A stretch of 62,336 nucleotides of DNA, filler included. It is 8 parts of 8 records of this genome, joined end to end, with 100 filler letters (N's around TTAATTAATTAA, not from the genome) between each part and the next. Parts side by side here need not be neighbours in the genome. Positions count along the whole stretch, not along the records: positions 56,508 to 62,336 come from SRR31156797_32954; 7 more parts are not named here. One strand, 5' to 3'. Positions 59,523 through 62,336 of the stretch are shown here, one piece after another. The notes under the pieces are model-generated. The model saw only the letters and a program-made list of their open reading frames with translations, was not told where the DNA came from and ran no database searches. The first letter of the stretch is position 1, and every line of letters starts with the position of its first letter. Both the position numbers and the translations under genes were made by a program.

Positions 59523-60434
59523 TCATAAGAAATTAAGCTCATCGTTCAAGGATTCTTTTTTGGGTGCCTGCGTTTTGGTTGTATGTATTTCCGGGGCTAA
59601 ATTGCTTTTCAGTAGGGATTCTAAAGCTTTTTTGTCGTCGGCTGTTTTTTCAATAACCTGATCCAGAGTGCATTCTTCAATGAACCCTTTCCCTTTGAGG
59701 AAGTTCAGAAAAATACAGGCTTCTTCGAGGCTTTTGTTCAACCGTAAGGCTTTTCTGAGGTGTTCAAGGCAAGGTTTAAGATCTCCTTGTTCATAATGGA
59801 CTCGGGCAATATTCAGATGCAGGTTTTCATCTTCTTCTACCAGTTTTTCTGCTCTAAGGTAGTATTCAAGAGCCTGCGTGAGCATGCCGTTTTTGCGCAG
59901 GGATATTCCAAATTCGTTGAATAAGTGTTTGTGTTGTGGTTCATAGCAGCTCTCTAGGCCAATCAGTCTTTTGAAAATATTGTCTGCCCGGTCCATTTCG
60001 CCCCGTTCAAGGTAAGTCAGTCCCAGTCCGAAATTGACGCGTACATTCAATTCATCAAGGCTTATGGCTTTATTGAATTCGTATTCGGCACTGTAGCTTT
60101 CGCCTTTTGCCCGGTGGCTTTCGCCTAATGATATGGTTTTTTCAAGCTTTTCAATGTTGGGGATGACTTTTTGTAAGTATATTTCCGGCTCGGGATGGTA
60201 TTCATTCAAAAACATCTCCATCTCCACTGCAGCCTGAGGACCGGTGGGGATGTAGTTGGTGTTTAGGGCCTGAACTTTCAGAACCCCGTTATCCTGTTCT
60301 TCTGCGTACCAGTAGGTGGTCTGTTCTGTTTTTCTTTTAGTCGTCCCTGTGCCGATTACAGATTTTTTTTTAGCTGAAAAAATACCTTGAATCTTTTCCC
60401 GTTTCCTCACTTTAAACTCCATTTTGATGATCAA
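59523..60434 (-). CDS. Tetratricopeptide repeat protein (Desulfovibrionaceae-type)
   Basis: NVRVNFGLGL, HKHLFNEFGISLRK, DENLHLNIAR. Confidence 0.8.
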   Translation of the reverse strand: MIIKMEFKVRKREKIQGIFSAKKKSVIGTGTTKRKTEQTTYWYAEEQDNGVLKVQALNTNYIPTGPQAAVEMEMFLNEYHPEPEIYLQKVIPNIEKLEKTISLGESHRAKGESYSAEYEFNKAISLDELNVRVNFGLGLTYLERGEMDRADNIFKRLIGLESCYEPQHKHLFNEFGISLRKNGMLTQALEYYLRAEKLVEEDENLHLNIARVHYEQGDLKPCLEHLRKALRLNKSLEEACIFLNFLKGKGFIEECTLDQVIEKTADDKKALESLLKSNLAPEIHTTKTQAPKKESLNDELNFL

Positions 60435-60497
60435 GGGATTTCTATTTTACACATGGTTTGCCTATCTGCAAAGCAAGTATTGTTATGATTTAGCAAT

Positions 60498-60530
60498 AAA
60501 AAAGGCCGTCTCTGAAGAGACGGCCTTAAA
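60498..60530 (-). terminator. Intrinsic terminator downstream of the HesB-like gene
   Basis: AAAAAGGCCGTCTC-TGAA-GAGACGGCCTT. Confidence 0.7.
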
Positions 60531-60600
60531 AGCCTGAAAAGGCTTGAACTGTCAGGTCAACGCGTTCAGGAAAAGGTTGGTCCTTCTCCTGTGCTGCGAA

Positions 60601-60909
60601 TTAACCGCAGCTTCCAGAGCAGGAACCGCATTCACCGCCGCCGAGCTCAAGCTTGGAATCAATTACGAAACCAGTGTAGCTGAGGTCAACGCGGAAAGGG
60701 CTGCCCTGTTCGTTAAGGTCTTTATCAAGCAGGAAGGTGAAACCTTCTACTTCAAAGCTTTCATCGTTATCTTTTGACTCATCCAGAGCCAATGCCAGCC
60801 TGGGGCCAGCTCAGCCACCAGTGGCAAGGTAGATGCGGATGGGGGTCCTATCTTTATCTGCAAAATAGTTTTCAAGCTGTTTTTGCGCAGCTTCGGTAAT
60901 TTCAACCAT
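60601..60909 (-). CDS. IscA/HesB-like selenoprotein (UGA at 60813-60811, codon 33)
   Basis: Manual translation MVEITEAAQKQLENYFADKDRTPIRIYLATGG-U-AGPRLALALDE...CGSCSGSCG; GAGGAGG RBS. Confidence 0.88.
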
Positions 60910-61109
60910 TATTTCCTCCTCATAGGATTTGTCTATCCAAATTAAGTTCTCTATCAGTTTTTGTCAATCGACTCTGGTTGACCTTGTCTCTTGCATGGGG
61001 TAATTAATACAGTTTAGAGAGTGTGTTAGTAATCCGACATAAGTATGATAAAATATTTTTTAAAAAATGATCGAACAAGGGCGTTCAGACGCTCAAGGGA
61101 GACCGTAGA

Positions 61110-61664
61110 ATGAAAACCAAGGATATCATCCTCGCTACAGCCAAGGAAATGATTTCAGAGGTGGGTTTCCACAAAGCCACTACCGCCAATCTGGCAAAAA
61201 TGGCTAATATTTCCGAAGGCACCATCTACAGACATTTTGAAAGCAAGGAAGACATCTTGCTTCACATTCTGGATGCCCTTGAGGAACAGTTTTCTTATTA
61301 CATTGAAGCCGTTCGGCAGAAATTGGATCGTGACGAGTGTTCTATCGAAGAGATTATGAATGAGTATTTTTCTTTTGTAGAAGACAATGAAATCGATATG
61401 AAGATCATGCTTTCAACATATGGACTGCTTGATTCCTCTAAACGGCTGATGGCGGTTTTTCTGAAGAACCTTGAACTTATCCTTGAGGATTGCATCAAGC
61501 TCTGTATTCAAAAGGGTACGGTCCGTGATGTTGCTGTGGAAGAGAACGCAACAGTGGTTATGACCATTATCTTTGGTCTGACCAGAATGCAGCTTTACTG
61601 GCCTGATCGCAGGGATGTCCGCGCTGAAGCTGTTGAATTCTGCCGCCGTAGTATTTTGACCTAG
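61110..61664 (+). CDS. TetR/AcrR family regulator
   Basis: TANLAKMANISEGTIYRHFESKE. Confidence 0.9.
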   Translation: MKTKDIILATAKEMISEVGFHKATTANLAKMANISEGTIYRHFESKEDILLHILDALEEQFSYYIEAVRQKLDRDECSIEEIMNEYFSFVEDNEIDMKIMLSTYGLLDSSKRLMAVFLKNLELILEDCIKLCIQKGTVRDVAVEENATVVMTIIFGLTRMQLYWPDRRDVRAEAVEFCRRSILT

Positions 61665-61687
61665 GCTTAGGCCTATACGATTCTTTG

Positions 61688-61777
61688 AAGGCTGTCCTTA
61701 GCGGGGCAGCCTTTTTTTGTTCGGTGTCAGAGAATAAAAAAGAAATCCCCCGCCCGGATTCCGGGTGGGGGATTTTG
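61688..61777. terminator. Pair of terminators between convergent genes
   Basis: AAGGCTGTCC...GGGCAGCCTTTTT and AAATCCCCCGCCCGG...CCGGGTGGGGGATTT. Confidence 0.7.
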
Positions 61778-61798
61778 TGTGTGCTTGTCCGAAGTAGA

Positions 61799-62336
61799 CT
61801 AGTTGTTTTCAGTCTGGCCGGATGCTTTTGCACTCTGCTTGGCGAAGTAAGCCTTGGTTTCAGCTACAACAACCGGGGTCAGCATGATCAGACCGATGAG
61901 GTTGGGGATAGCCATGAGGCCGTTAAAGGTGTCGGAAAGGTTCCATACGAAGCTGAGCTTAGCGATGGCACCAACACCTACGAAGCAGATGAATACGAGA
62001 CGGAAAGGCAGTACTGCTTTGACACCGAACAGGTATTCCATGGATTTTTCACCGTAGTAACACCAGCCGAGGATGGTGGAGTAGGCGAAAAGGATCAGGC
62101 CGATTGTGACGATGTGTGCGCCGCCGGTCATACCCATAGAGAATGCTATGGTGGTCAATTCTGCACCGGTGGTTCCGTTGGACCATGCGCCGGTAAGGAT
62201 AAGGACCAGACCTGTCATGGTGCAGACAACGAGAGTGTCGATAAAGGTCTGAGTCATGGAGACCAGAGCCTGTGTTACAGGTTCCTTGGTCTGTGCAGCA
62301 GCTGCTGCGATAGGAGCACTACCGAGACCGGATTCG
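61799..62336 (-). CDS. Alanine/glycine:cation symporter family protein (5' truncated)
   Basis: [47 protein letters not shown]. Confidence 0.92.
   Translation of the reverse strand, partial: ESGLGSAPIAAAAAQTKEPVTQALVSMTQTFIDTLVVCTMTGLVLILTGAWSNGTTGAELTTIAFSMGMTGGAHIVTIGLILFAYSTILGWCYYGEKSMEYLFGVKAVLPFRLVFICFVGVGAIAKLSFVWNLSDTFNGLMAIPNLIGLIMLTPVVVAETKAYFAKQSAKASGQTENN

Overview
This window is not one locus. It is eight unrelated assembled fragments joined by 100-nt artificial spacers (N runs containing TTAATTAATTAA, a stop in all six frames), probably from an anoxic-sediment metagenome. Fragments 1 (1-6093), 2 (6194-12313), 6 (44354-50809) and 7 (50910-56407) look like Desulfobacterota. Fragments 3 (12414-20010; S10/spc/alpha ribosomal protein operon) and 4 (20111-34902) are AT-rich and Bacteroidota-like. 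Fragments 5 (35003-44253) and 8 (56508-62336) look like Desulfovibrionaceae. All taxonomy is inferred from protein style. The most notable signals, several of them missed by the ORF track: (i) two selenoprotein genes read through in-frame UGA codons, each followed by a SECIS-like hairpin: SelD, apparently with a Cys-rich DUF1858-like domain fused in frame at its N-terminus, and a HesB/IscA-like protein; (ii) a yedF / SufS-type desulfurase / DUF3343 selenium-associated cluster; (iii) a reductive-dehalogenase-family protein with its own N-terminal transmembrane anchor and no Tat signal or rdhB; (iv) a sigma-54-rich fragment with an internally deleted XylR/V4R activator, an MFS remnant and two clear -24/-12 promoters; (v) paired TetR and FadR/GntR operator candidates; (vi) several REP-like and heptamer/nonamer repeats, often at contig ends. 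I saw no CRISPR array, rRNA, tRNA or intact mobile element, and I cannot claim a demonstrably new system. The best candidates for novelty are the domain-fused Sec-SelD and the membrane-anchored RdhA-like protein.
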